This document shows, piece by piece, positions 17,002 to 27,100 of a stretch of DNA of 64,000 nt. The notes beneath the pieces are model-generated. The model had not been told where the DNA came from, searched no databases, and saw nothing but the letters and a program-made list of their open reading frames with translations. The position numbers were made by a program, and so were the translations under genes. Source of the stretch: an uncultured Verrucomicrobiales bacterium (GTDB lineage: Bacteria > Verrucomicrobiota > Verrucomicrobiia > Verrucomicrobiales > DEV007); the NCBI GenBank assembly GCA_937897075.1, contig CALCPI010000268.1, positions 2,521 through 66,520 on the forward strand, read 5' to 3'. How positions within the stretch are numbered: the stretch's first letter is position 1; each line of letters begins with the position of its first letter.

Positions 17002-19489
17002 AATTCTCCTCTTCACTTTCGCTGTCCTGTTTGCGGGCCAGGTTCGCGGGGATGAAGCGCTGCTGAAAACGCATTGCTCTGATTGCCACAACGACAAAAA
17101 ATCGAAAGGCAAATTTGAAGTCTCTTTCCTCGGCTCCGCGCCCACCAGTGAAAATTATGATCGCTGGCTCGATTGCCTTGATCTCGTTTCCGCCGGGGAG
17201 ATGCCTCCTGAGGATGATAGTAAACTGAGTGATTCGGACCGAAAGAACTTGGTCAACTATCTCGACAAAAAGATTCGAAGCTATGCGGCGGAATCCAAAT
17301 TTTCGAAACAAGCCCCGCCCCGGCGCCTCAACAATCGTGAGTTCGCCAACAGTGTTCGCGACGCGCTTCTCCTCGAAGATATAGGGACCCATTTGCCGAC
17401 CTCAAATTTGATTGGTGATTCACTGATGCATGGGTTTGATACTCACGCTGAAACCCTGGGCTTCAGTCGATTCCACCTCGAGCAATATCTCGAAGCGGTG
17501 CGGAAAATCGTCAACGCTACGATTCTGTCAGGTGAGCAGCCTTCAGCTCGGCACTACCCAATCGAGGCGAGGGACATCATCCGAACCAGCCTGCATCAAG
17601 CGAACCAAGCCAGAAGAACCGCTCCGCGAAAGAGAGTTCCCCACTTCGATTTTCTTGATCCAAAATTACTCGCCTACTTTGCTGGTTTCGAGACGGCTCC
17701 CGCGACCGGCTACTATCGAATAAAGATAAGGGCGACCGGAATGGATCGATTTCTCTACGCCAGCCAAGACACAGGAGTCTACCACGGCGATCCCGTTCAA
17801 TTGAAGATTCGCCTCGGTGACCGTGTGCGAATTGTCGATCTTCCCGACGAAGAAGAAACGGTAATTGAACTGAACGAGTGGATCGCGGAAGGCACCCGCC
17901 TCGAACTGTATAACCCGACTGACGGCCTGCGAATGAAAGGGAATGGGAACTTCAAATTCCAATACGCAATTGGCGGTCAGTATTTGAAAGACCATGATCC
18001 GGAAAGGTATCAACTACGCATCGATCAGATTGGAAATCCAAAATACCGCCACTATAACACAGGCGCTAAGCGATGGGTTCATTGGACAGGTTCCTGGCAA
18101 GGTCCCCGGCCCCGCTTGTTTGGTGCTGAACTTGAAGGCCCCCTCTATGAAAGCTGGCCTCCGAAGCGACAGATCGCATTACTCGGTGAAGATCCGAAGG
18201 TGGCAAACGCCAAGGCCATACTGAGTCCAATTGCAGAGCGTGCCTGGCGGCGGCCTCTTCGCGACGGCGAGCTGGATGACATCATCGCTCTGGTAAATGT
18301 GAAGGCCCGGACCTCCAACGATATCGAAGCTCTCAAAGAAGGTATTGTATCGATACTCGTATCCCCGGCATTCGTTCTTCTCAACACCGAGGACGTCGCC
18401 GCGCCGGATCGTTTTGCCTCAAAGCTGAGCTATTTCCTCCAAGGCACTTTGCCAGATGAAGACCTTCATAAAATGGTTGGCCGGGGAGAATTGCAAACCT
18501 ACCCGCAAGTTCAAGGCTACGTCCAAAATCTATTCGGCACCTCAAGCGCCAACGACTTCACGCGAATGTTCCCGAAAGCCTGGCTTGAACTGGATGACAT
18601 CAACTTCATGTCTCCCGATCCCGAGCAATACCCCTTCTATCACAAGAAAAATGTCAGTGAGGATATGGTCAATGAAGTACTGGCATTCTTTCGACACGCA
18701 ATTGAAGAGAATCTCCCACTGCCCGAATTTCTTTCCGCCGACTACAGCTTCATTAATGCAGATCTCGCCAAAATCTATCAGGTGGATAATGTGCCCGAAG
18801 ATTCAAAACTTCGTAAGTATGCATTCACCGACGGTCGCCGCGGTGGACTGACCGGGATGGGAGCTTTTCTCACCTCAACAGCAGACAGTCTTTCGACGTC
18901 CCCAATTCACCGCGCGATCTACGTGATGGAGAATCTTCTGGGGATTCACCCAACTCCACCACCGCCGGATGTCGTCATCACCGAACCTGATGTCAGGCAG
19001 GCAAAAACCATCAAAGAGATCCTCGCAGCTCACACGACCGATGCGAGTTGTGCAAGTTGCCACAAAGCGATTGATCCCTGGGGATACGCCTTTGAAAACT
19101 TTGACCCCACCGGCGCATGGCGGGAATTTTATACCGCGCCAAATGCGGCTCCCCTGAGCGGGGACGCTGAAGCTCCTGCAACGAAGAAAGGGAAGCAATC
19201 TTCCCCGGAGCCTGTCACCATCCCGGTTGATGCCGGAGCAAAATTTCGAAATGGAAGTGAGTATAAGGACATTACCGAATTCCGGAAGTTGCTTGTGACC
19301 GACGCCAACCGGGATCGTTTTGTCCGCTGCTTTATTACCAAGTTATTGACCTACGCCAACGGCATCGAGCCGGATGATACCGACTTTGTGGCAATCTCTA
19401 ACATTCTTGCGAAGTCGGCTGAAAAGGAATATCGAATCGTCGACACCATAGCTGCCGTGATCGACAGCCCTCTTTTTCGGGAGGAGTAA
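16994..19489 (+). CDS. DUF1592/DUF1588/DUF1587-type PVC cytochrome c protein
   Basis: ATG 16994 overlaps the upstream stop. Heme motifs CSDCH and CASCH, plus RRLNNREFANSVRD, TSPIHRA and IDPWGYAFENFD..G.WR. Confidence 0.9.
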   Translation: MHKILLFTFAVLFAGQVRGDEALLKTHCSDCHNDKKSKGKFEVSFLGSAPTSENYDRWLDCLDLVSAGEMPPEDDSKLSDSDRKNLVNYLDKKIRSYAAESKFSKQAPPRRLNNREFANSVRDALLLEDIGTHLPTSNLIGDSLMHGFDTHAETLGFSRFHLEQYLEAVRKIVNATILSGEQPSARHYPIEARDIIRTSLHQANQARRTAPRKRVPHFDFLDPKLLAYFAGFETAPATGYYRIKIRATGMDRFLYASQDTGVYHGDPVQLKIRLGDRVRIVDLPDEEETVIELNEWIAEGTRLELYNPTDGLRMKGNGNFKFQYAIGGQYLKDHDPERYQLRIDQIGNPKYRHYNTGAKRWVHWTGSWQGPRPRLFGAELEGPLYESWPPKRQIALLGEDPKVANAKAILSPIAERAWRRPLRDGELDDIIALVNVKARTSNDIEALKEGIVSILVSPAFVLLNTEDVAAPDRFASKLSYFLQGTLPDEDLHKMVGRGELQTYPQVQGYVQNLFGTSSANDFTRMFPKAWLELDDINFMSPDPEQYPFYHKKNVSEDMVNEVLAFFRHAIEENLPLPEFLSADYSFINADLAKIYQVDNVPEDSKLRKYAFTDGRRGGLTGMGAFLTSTADSLSTSPIHRAIYVMENLLGIHPTPPPPDVVITEPDVRQAKTIKEILAAHTTDASCASCHKAIDPWGYAFENFDPTGAWREFYTAPNAAPLSGDAEAPATKKGKQSSPEPVTIPVDAGAKFRNGSEYKDITEFRKLLVTDANRDRFVRCFITKLLTYANGIEPDDTDFVAISNILAKSAEKEYRIVDTIAAVIDSPLFREE

Positions 19490-19668
19490 AGAGCTGGCTT
19501 GGACTCCCGGTTCAATATCCGGTCCACATGACGAATGCTCAGCCTTATGAGAACACGCAGAGTTCGCAGCAGGCATTATCTGGAGAACCTGCCGGCTTCA
19601 TTTTTATTTTGAGGAATATTTGAATTAAGGGGTGGGCGTTGAACCAACACTGTTCGCTCATGAGTCGT

Positions 19669-21936
19669 TTAATTGCCCGGACCTTTTGAGTCCTGGTTTT
19701 TTAATTTCTCCGTAAAAAAACGGGCTGCTGTTTCGAGCATCTCATCGAACCATGCTTGCTGAACCGTGAAGGGATGCGGCGCACCTTCGATGACCGTTAG
19801 ATGAGATTCGATTCCCAGTTTTTTCATTTTCTCCCGGAATTCATCGGCATGAGTACTGGGATCGTCCTTCTCGCCAGTAATGAACCAGCAAGGTGGATCG
19901 TTCTTGTCGAGGTGTGCCAGCGGCGAGGCAAGACGATAGGTATCCGCTTGCTCGTCTTGTGAACCGCTGAGAAACTTCTGCCAAATCTCTTTTTCCGCTG
20001 AGATCCCCCGATTTCTTTCCGACATCAAGTGCGTCTGAGCGCCCATGGGCACTGCCGCCTGAATTGAACTACTGAAACCGGCATTACCGCCTTCCCCTTC
20101 GAGCTCTTCAGCTTCTCCTGAAGTCGCTAACAATGCCACTAAATGCCCGCCGGCTGAATGACCGATTGCGCCGATATTGTCGGGATCAATACCATATTCT
20201 TTGGCCCTGGATCGCAGGAACCTAACTGCGGCTTTGCAGTCCTGAATCTGAGCCGGAAATGGCTTTTCACCACTCAAGCGGTAGGAGATTGTTGCGGTGA
20301 CAAACCCGCGCGCCGCGAGTGCCTGGGCAGGTTTAGTATGATTGATCTTACTCCCTTTCCCCCAGCCTCCGCCGTGAACACAAACGATTGCCGGCAATTC
20401 GCCCCAAGCGCCCTTGGGCCGGAAGATGTCCATCTCGAGTGTGCGATCACCGTAGCGCGCGTAGGTCACGTCATGGTGCGAATCGAGGCTGTCCAGTGTC
20501 GCCTGAGGAATCTCAGTTCGCCCATCGGGGCGAGCTGATGGCGGCGCTTCACCCGCTGGTCGCGCATCGCGCCGCATTTCTTCCTGAAACAAAACGGTCA
20601 TACCGCGCAACTTTCGAATGATGTCCTTATTCCGCACGAGCTTCGATTCGCCCGGATCGCTGTCCAGATCATACAACTGCAAAGAGGGATTCAAATACAG
20701 TTTCCAGTTTCTCCATCGAACAGCAGCCAGCGCGCCGTGACTGCCGTGATAAAAGAAGGCGTTGTTGTATTCGTTACGCTGAATGATGGACGCCCATTCC
20801 CCATCGGGCTTCCACGGACGCCGCATTTGAACTGCTGCGTTGATCGATAGTTTCATGCCGGCGTGAGGCACGACTTTGGTTTCCCCCTTCAACAAGGGGC
20901 TGATGTCGCGACCATCGATCACTCGTTCACCGGGCACTTTGACCCCTGCAAAACTAGCAAGAGTTGGATACCAATCCATTGCGTGGACCAGCATTGCTGA
21001 TTCTTCGCCAGCTTGCAAGCCGAGCCCCGGGCCCCACGCAATTGCAGGCACGCGAATGCCGCCTTCGTAGGTGGAAAGCTTGCGACCTCGAATCTTCTGC
21101 TCGGGTGTGCGCCCCGGTCCGCGACCATTGTCAGAGGCATAGACAACAATGGTGTTGTCATCGATGCCCTGCTCTGTCAGTGAATCAAAGATGCGACCGA
21201 CGTTGTGATCGAGTTCCTGAATCGCATCACCGTATTCACCCCAGTTTGAACTACCCTGAAATTCTTCACTCACGCCAAGCGGGTTGTGTAGCATCGTGTG
21301 CGGCAGATAGATAAAGAACGGTCCCTCCTTGTTTTTCTCGATGAACTGAATGGCCTCATCGGTATAGGCTTTGGTCAACTCCGCAGGATCTACAGGACGC
21401 TTCACCACCTCACCGTTTCGCATCAGAGGAACGCCTCCGTCATCTTCGAAATAGACAACTTCTACTGGATCTAAATTGTGGAGCAGTCCAAAGTAATGAT
21501 CGAAGCCCTGCTTGCGAGGCAGGAAGGGCTCATGAAACCCAAGATGCCATTTCCCAATGCAAGCCGTTGCGTAACCATTGTCTTTCAACAGCTCAGCGAT
21601 TGTCAGTTCGTCAGGATGAATCCCCGTGTTTGAATCCGCGCGGTGCACCCATACATGGTTTCCGACCCGGCGCGGATAACACCCCGTCAAAAATCCGGCG
21701 CGCGAAGGACTGCAAATTGGAGCGGCGGCATAGTAGTCTGTGAAACGCGTTCCAGCTTTGGCCATCGCATCAATTCGGGGCGTCTTAATCTCCGTCGCTC
21801 CGTAACAACCCAGGTCGTAGTATCCCTGATCATCAATCAAAATGAAGATGATGTTGGGAGCTCGCTCAGCAGAAATTGCCTGCTGGCCGAAACAGAATCC
21901 GAGGCAGAGGAGAAAAAAGAAAGATAAGGTCTTCAT
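19669..21936 (-). CDS. Sulfatase fused to a C-terminal alpha/beta-hydrolase (acetyl-esterase-like) domain
   Basis: Signal peptide from ATG 21936 (MKTLSFFFLL). Sulfatase motifs CSPSRAGFLTG and GKWHLG, then esterase motifs VHGGGW, GHSAGG, GEKDD and H.F. Confidence 0.9.
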   Translation of the reverse strand: MKTLSFFFLLCLGFCFGQQAISAERAPNIIFILIDDQGYYDLGCYGATEIKTPRIDAMAKAGTRFTDYYAAAPICSPSRAGFLTGCYPRRVGNHVWVHRADSNTGIHPDELTIAELLKDNGYATACIGKWHLGFHEPFLPRKQGFDHYFGLLHNLDPVEVVYFEDDGGVPLMRNGEVVKRPVDPAELTKAYTDEAIQFIEKNKEGPFFIYLPHTMLHNPLGVSEEFQGSSNWGEYGDAIQELDHNVGRIFDSLTEQGIDDNTIVVYASDNGRGPGRTPEQKIRGRKLSTYEGGIRVPAIAWGPGLGLQAGEESAMLVHAMDWYPTLASFAGVKVPGERVIDGRDISPLLKGETKVVPHAGMKLSINAAVQMRRPWKPDGEWASIIQRNEYNNAFFYHGSHGALAAVRWRNWKLYLNPSLQLYDLDSDPGESKLVRNKDIIRKLRGMTVLFQEEMRRDARPAGEAPPSARPDGRTEIPQATLDSLDSHHDVTYARYGDRTLEMDIFRPKGAWGELPAIVCVHGGGWGKGSKINHTKPAQALAARGFVTATISYRLSGEKPFPAQIQDCKAAVRFLRSRAKEYGIDPDNIGAIGHSAGGHLVALLATSGEAEELEGEGGNAGFSSSIQAAVPMGAQTHLMSERNRGISAEKEIWQKFLSGSQDEQADTYRLASPLAHLDKNDPPCWFITGEKDDPSTHADEFREKMKKLGIESHLTVIEGAPHPFTVQQAWFDEMLETAARFFTEKLKNQDSKGPGN

Positions 21937-22077
21937 AAAATTGACGATGTGATGAGTTCGAGTTGCTAGGCCTCCACTTCGTGAGTCACCTCTAATTTGG
22001 TTGAATCTGGTAAAATTCTCAATCTCTCGAATTATTTGCGTTGGTGCGTAGAACGGTTGAATTGGCACTTTCACTCC

Positions 22078-23919
22078 CTATTTCACCCACTCGATTTTTG
22101 AAATCAAACCATGATTCGCTTTGTTGCTGAACTGAAGGCTTTCCTTGGCGGCGCCATCGTAAATTTCGAAAGTGAAAGTGGCGATATTCGACCAGTCATC
22201 CATCTCGATTTTCTCCCGATCCATAAAATCTGAGGCTTTCAGGAGAATTTCTTGGCGCGCCATCTTCGTCATTTGCCTGGACGCAAACCAGGTGGTTTGG
22301 GGATCTTTGGAGTCAGCGATGTATTTGTTCTTCGTCACCCTGAAGCGGTAGCTCATACGCTCGCGAGGAACCTTGACAGTCACTTTCATGACCGTGTCCG
22401 GACTGGGTGTTGCAGATCGTGGATCCCGAAACTTGAAAGTGGTGATGCCGCTTCGAGAGCTGACTCCCCAATCCCGGAGACCGCTCTTTTCCAAATCGGA
22501 AAAGACGGATTGATCTACAGCTTCCTCGAAAAGGCGTTCCGGCTTGATGGTTTTAGGAGAGTGGGCCCCTATTGCTGAAGTTATGGTGAAATTCGAAGCG
22601 GTTCCCTGAAAAGCCACGACCGGTTCGTCGAGTGGATAGCTGCAGTTTGCAAAGGCATAGAGAGGAAGGTCTTCACGAATGGGCAAGGAAGCGGTCCAGA
22701 CTCCACCGTTTTCCTCAGCCTCGGCAGAAATCCAAAACCGGGATTTCGGATTGGGATCGTGGCTGTAGTAAATGGCGAGGGCGACCAACTGATCAGCCTT
22801 GTCCGGTGTGACAACAAACTTCGCTGTCTCGCTTTCGGAATGGACTATCAACTCAGAGGCAGCCGTCCGGGGAATTTCGAACTCCTCTCCCTTGAGATAC
22901 TTATCGAACCACCGGTTCATCAGTATCCATTGTGCCGGGCCGAGATTGTGACTGATGTGCATGTGCTGACTCACCCTCCAGTTATCATGAGGCAGCGCAT
23001 CCAGACACTGATAGATGAACTCGAAGCGGGAGTGGAAATCGTCGCTCGCACTCAGGAGCAATACAGGACAGGTCGTATGCGCATAATATGACTGCGATTC
23101 GTTGGTGTCGGCAAATAGCTCAACATGATCCCGAAAGGCCCGCGCCATGCTGGAATTCGGAATTCCGGCCGAGTCCTTCGTGATGTAACCCGCACCACCA
23201 ACCATGGGCACAACCGCTTTGAGACGCTTATCGATCGCTACATAAGACGTGATGTTTCCACCCATGGAAAAGCCGGTGAATCCAATTTTATTGGGATCGA
23301 CTTCAGGCTGCTGTTCGAGAAAAGTGATCGCGCGTCTCCCTGCGTAAGCAAGCAGGAACCAATTGCCGTTCCTTGGGCTGGTGACGGGATCAATGGTGAA
23401 TTCATCAGGCAGGAGATCCAGCTTGGTCCGCTCACGCTTTGCTCCTGGATAAAATTGAGGCCCCTGGCTCGGATCGACCGCGCCCCAGTCTGTGTTTTTT
23501 TTGATTCCCTCGACAAGTTCCCGACCGCCCCAATTGATGTCGACCATGGCATATCCCTGCTTCGCCACGTATTTCCCGTGCTCCAACTCGGCACGTTGCC
23601 CGCCACCATGGGCCCATACGATCGCAGGCGCATCCCTGGCTCCTTCCGGAAAAGTGTAAAAAGCAGCGATCCGTGATTCCTTTCCTTTGAATGTGCCAAC
23701 TTTAAAAGTCACGTAGCGACAGACGACCCCCTCTTCGATCCATTCTTTGACGATTTCAGTTTCGAGCGGGTCCTTTCGGGCATCCACATCTTTCCAGAGA
23801 TCGAGGACATTTGTTGCCACATTCTCTTCCGTATAGGGCTGAAGAGAGTCTTCGCCGAAAATGCTGATCACCGGAAAGAGCGAGAGTGAAATTGCGATGG
23901 CTGCGAGAGGAGTTTTCAT
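22078..23919 (-). CDS. Secreted alpha/beta-hydrolase (dienelactone hydrolase / acetylxylan-esterase-like) with a C-terminal beta-sandwich domain
   Basis: Signal peptide, AHGGGQ oxyanion loop, GFSMGG nucleophile elbow, SDDFH and SHN. Confidence 0.8.
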   Translation of the reverse strand: MKTPLAAIAISLSLFPVISIFGEDSLQPYTEENVATNVLDLWKDVDARKDPLETEIVKEWIEEGVVCRYVTFKVGTFKGKESRIAAFYTFPEGARDAPAIVWAHGGGQRAELEHGKYVAKQGYAMVDINWGGRELVEGIKKNTDWGAVDPSQGPQFYPGAKRERTKLDLLPDEFTIDPVTSPRNGNWFLLAYAGRRAITFLEQQPEVDPNKIGFTGFSMGGNITSYVAIDKRLKAVVPMVGGAGYITKDSAGIPNSSMARAFRDHVELFADTNESQSYYAHTTCPVLLLSASDDFHSRFEFIYQCLDALPHDNWRVSQHMHISHNLGPAQWILMNRWFDKYLKGEEFEIPRTAASELIVHSESETAKFVVTPDKADQLVALAIYYSHDPNPKSRFWISAEAEENGGVWTASLPIREDLPLYAFANCSYPLDEPVVAFQGTASNFTITSAIGAHSPKTIKPERLFEEAVDQSVFSDLEKSGLRDWGVSSRSGITTFKFRDPRSATPSPDTVMKVTVKVPRERMSYRFRVTKNKYIADSKDPQTTWFASRQMTKMARQEILLKASDFMDREKIEMDDWSNIATFTFEIYDGAAKESLQFSNKANHGLISKIEWVK

Positions 23920-24119
23920 ATCAATTCGATCATCTTGATTGAATTGTTGCTAGACTACTTAGTCTTTGACGGGAATCCACTCTTGAATAAAAGAAGCACT
24001 GAATCCCTGCTCCCTCTGAATCAATCGACGAATCTTCGAATCACCCGGCCTTATTCCTCGATCAGATACCGTTGATTCAGGTTGATTCATCGAACAAACT
24101 CTGTTGTTTGTTACATTTT

Positions 24120-27100
24120 ATGAAGCTCCTTCTCAAGCCCCTCCTCTGCGCATTGGTCTGTGCTCTTGCCGTTTCGGCAACATTTGCTGCCGAACCAACC
24201 AAAATCCTGTTCCTTGCCGGACCCCGCAGTCATGCTTCGGGTGATCATGAATTCAATGCCGGGTGTCTACTTCTGGCGAAGGCACTGAATGAGCAGAGCG
24301 GTCTCGAAATCGAAGCCACAGTCATCCAGGGCTGGCCGGAAGATGAATCGGCCTTCGATGGCGTTGATGCGGTAATTATCTATTCGGACAGCACCAAGGT
24401 GGTCGGGAAAGGCTGGGCGAAAACGGACGAGTTAACGAAGTCCGGCGTCGGTTTGATGTTCATGCACTACGCGGTGCATCCAAGTGCTGAACAGGGAAAA
24501 CAATATTTCCAGCCATGGATCGGTGGCGCCTTCGAAACGGGCTGGTCGGTGAATCCGCACTGGGTGGCCGATCTGAAGACTCTCCCGGATCATGCTATTT
24601 CCAATGGAGTGACCGATTTGGTTCGGGCTTACGATGAGTTCTATTACTCGATGCGATTCAGGGAGGAACGCGGCGAGGTTTTAGATCTTGTTACCGCCGT
24701 TCCAACGAAAGAGCGATTAAAGCGGATCATCAATTTGTGGAATGAGAATGGGATCAAGGGATTGGAGAAACCACAAACTTTAATGTGGGGCGTCGAGCGC
24801 GAAGATGGCGGCCGGGGTGTCGGATTTACCGGAGGACACTACCATCGGAACTGGGCCATCGATGGCTTTCGAAAAATTGCACTGAACGCTATTGTCTGGG
24901 TCGCGGGGATGGAAGTTCCTCAGGGCGGTGTGCAATCCAAGCCGCTCACGGAAGATGAGCTGAATGCCAACCTGGACGATTACGGAAAGCCGAATCCACG
25001 AATCCCTCTTCCAAAGGTCGAAGAATTTATGGCATTGCCTCCTGCGGATTTCGTCACGATGGAGGACCTCAAAAAACGGGAGGCAGAGAAAAAGGCGAAA
25101 GGCGCCAAAAAGAAAAAAGCGCCGCGACCTGCTCCTGCAAAAGCCGGTCCTCCAGCTGCCTACGAAAGCCCTGTGATGAAAAGCGGAGCAAAGGAACGCA
25201 TCGCAAGTTTGGATGTCGACCTTGGAAAATCGAAAGAGCTCTACCTGCTTGTATCAAATGAGGGCAACACCTCCCACGACTGGTCGGACTGGCTCGAACC
25301 CATGATCGAGTTTGCCGACGGAACAAAGATGTCACTCACTGAGCTGGATTGGGATTCTGCAAAATCCGTCGGCCAAACCCGGAAGAACAAGAACTATCAA
25401 AATCAGAAGCTGATCGTCGACGGAAAAGATTTCAGCAAAGGAATTGGAACGCACGCACCATCGGCGATCTATTTTAAACTGCCTAAGCCTGCCGTAAGAT
25501 TGACAGGGAAAGTTGCTCTCGACGACGGCGGAGCGATTCGCGGCGGAAAATCGACTCCGGCGAAAGTTCGTTTTCTGGTATACACATCGGCTCCTCCAGC
25601 AGGTGCGGAGAGTCCTGCTTCAGCGGCAAGTAATTTTGATCCAAAGAATCTCGATCCACAAAAAGTCGCGGCAGACCAGTTCATCGTTCCTGATGACCTC
25701 GAAGTCACAGTTTGGGCGACGACACCGATGTTGTTCAATCCGACGAACATGGACACCGATGCCCAGGGGCGAATCTGGGTAACCGAGGGAGTCAACTATC
25801 GTAGACACAAAGGCCGGCGCCCTGAAGGTGACCGTGTCGTCGTCTTACAGGATACAACAGGCGATGGAAAAGCCGACAGTGAGCACACTTTCGTCCAGGA
25901 TCCAGAACTCGAGGCCCCGCTGGGAATCGCGGTGATGGACAACAAAATAATCGTGTCTCAACCACCTAACCTGATCATTTATACGGACGTAAACCGGGAT
26001 CTTAAATTCGATACCAGCGTCGACAAGCGGGAGAATTTATTGAGCGGTTTTAACGGCCGTCAGCACGACCATAGCCTCCACGCAGTAACTGCAGGTCCCG
26101 ATGGGAAATGGTATATCAATCAGGGAAATTGCGGAGCGAAGTTCACCGACGGCGATGGGAAAACCTATTCAATCGGCGGGCCCTATCAAGGCGGTGGCGG
26201 AGTCTTTTATAACAACAATCACGAACTCGGTGGTGTCGTGAGCGATGATGGTCGAATTTGGACCGGTGGCTTTGCTGCGCGGATGAATCGAGATACGACG
26301 GGCCTGACCGTTATCGGTCACGGGTTTCGTAATTCCTACGAACACACCGTCACTTCCCTTGGAGATGTTTTTCAAAATGACAACGACGATCCTCCGGCTT
26401 GTCGGGTCAGTTGGATGATGGAAGGCGCATTTTTCGGATTCTTTTCCCGCGATGGAAAGCGCACCTGGCAAGCGGATCAGCGCCCCGGCCAATCTATTCC
26501 GGATGCTCACTGGAGGCAGGACTCCCCGGGAACGACGCCTCCCGGAGATGTTTATGGTAGCGGTTCTCCTACAGGAATCACTTTCTACGAGAATGGTGCG
26601 CTCCCTGAAAAGTACAATGGAACCCTGCTCAGCTGCGAAGCTCGTGGTCAGGTTATCTTTGGATATCAGCCAAAACGCGATGGTGCCGGTTTTGCCATGG
26701 AGCGAACCGACTTTATGAAAGCGAAACCCGGGACGCTCTTCCGTCCTTCCGATGTCATGATCGGTGCGGATGGGGCACTCTATGTCAGTGACTGGTTTGA
26801 CCTCGGCGTCGGTGGTCACGCTGATCGCGATGAAAGTCTTTCCGGCACGATCTACCGAATTGCACCGAAAGGGTTTTCACCACCTGAAAATTACAAGAAA
26901 GATCCTGCGAGTCTCTTGAGCAGCCCGTCTCCCAACATCCGTGATGCTGGTTGGGTCGCGCTGAAGGCGATGGGAGAAGATTTGCTTCCTGCCGTGAAAA
27001 TAGTTTCAGAAAACGAGAACCCATTCGTTCAGGCGCGCGCGACGTGGCTGCTTCCTTTTGCGGGTGAAAAGGGAATTGCGAAGGTGACGGAAATGCTGAC

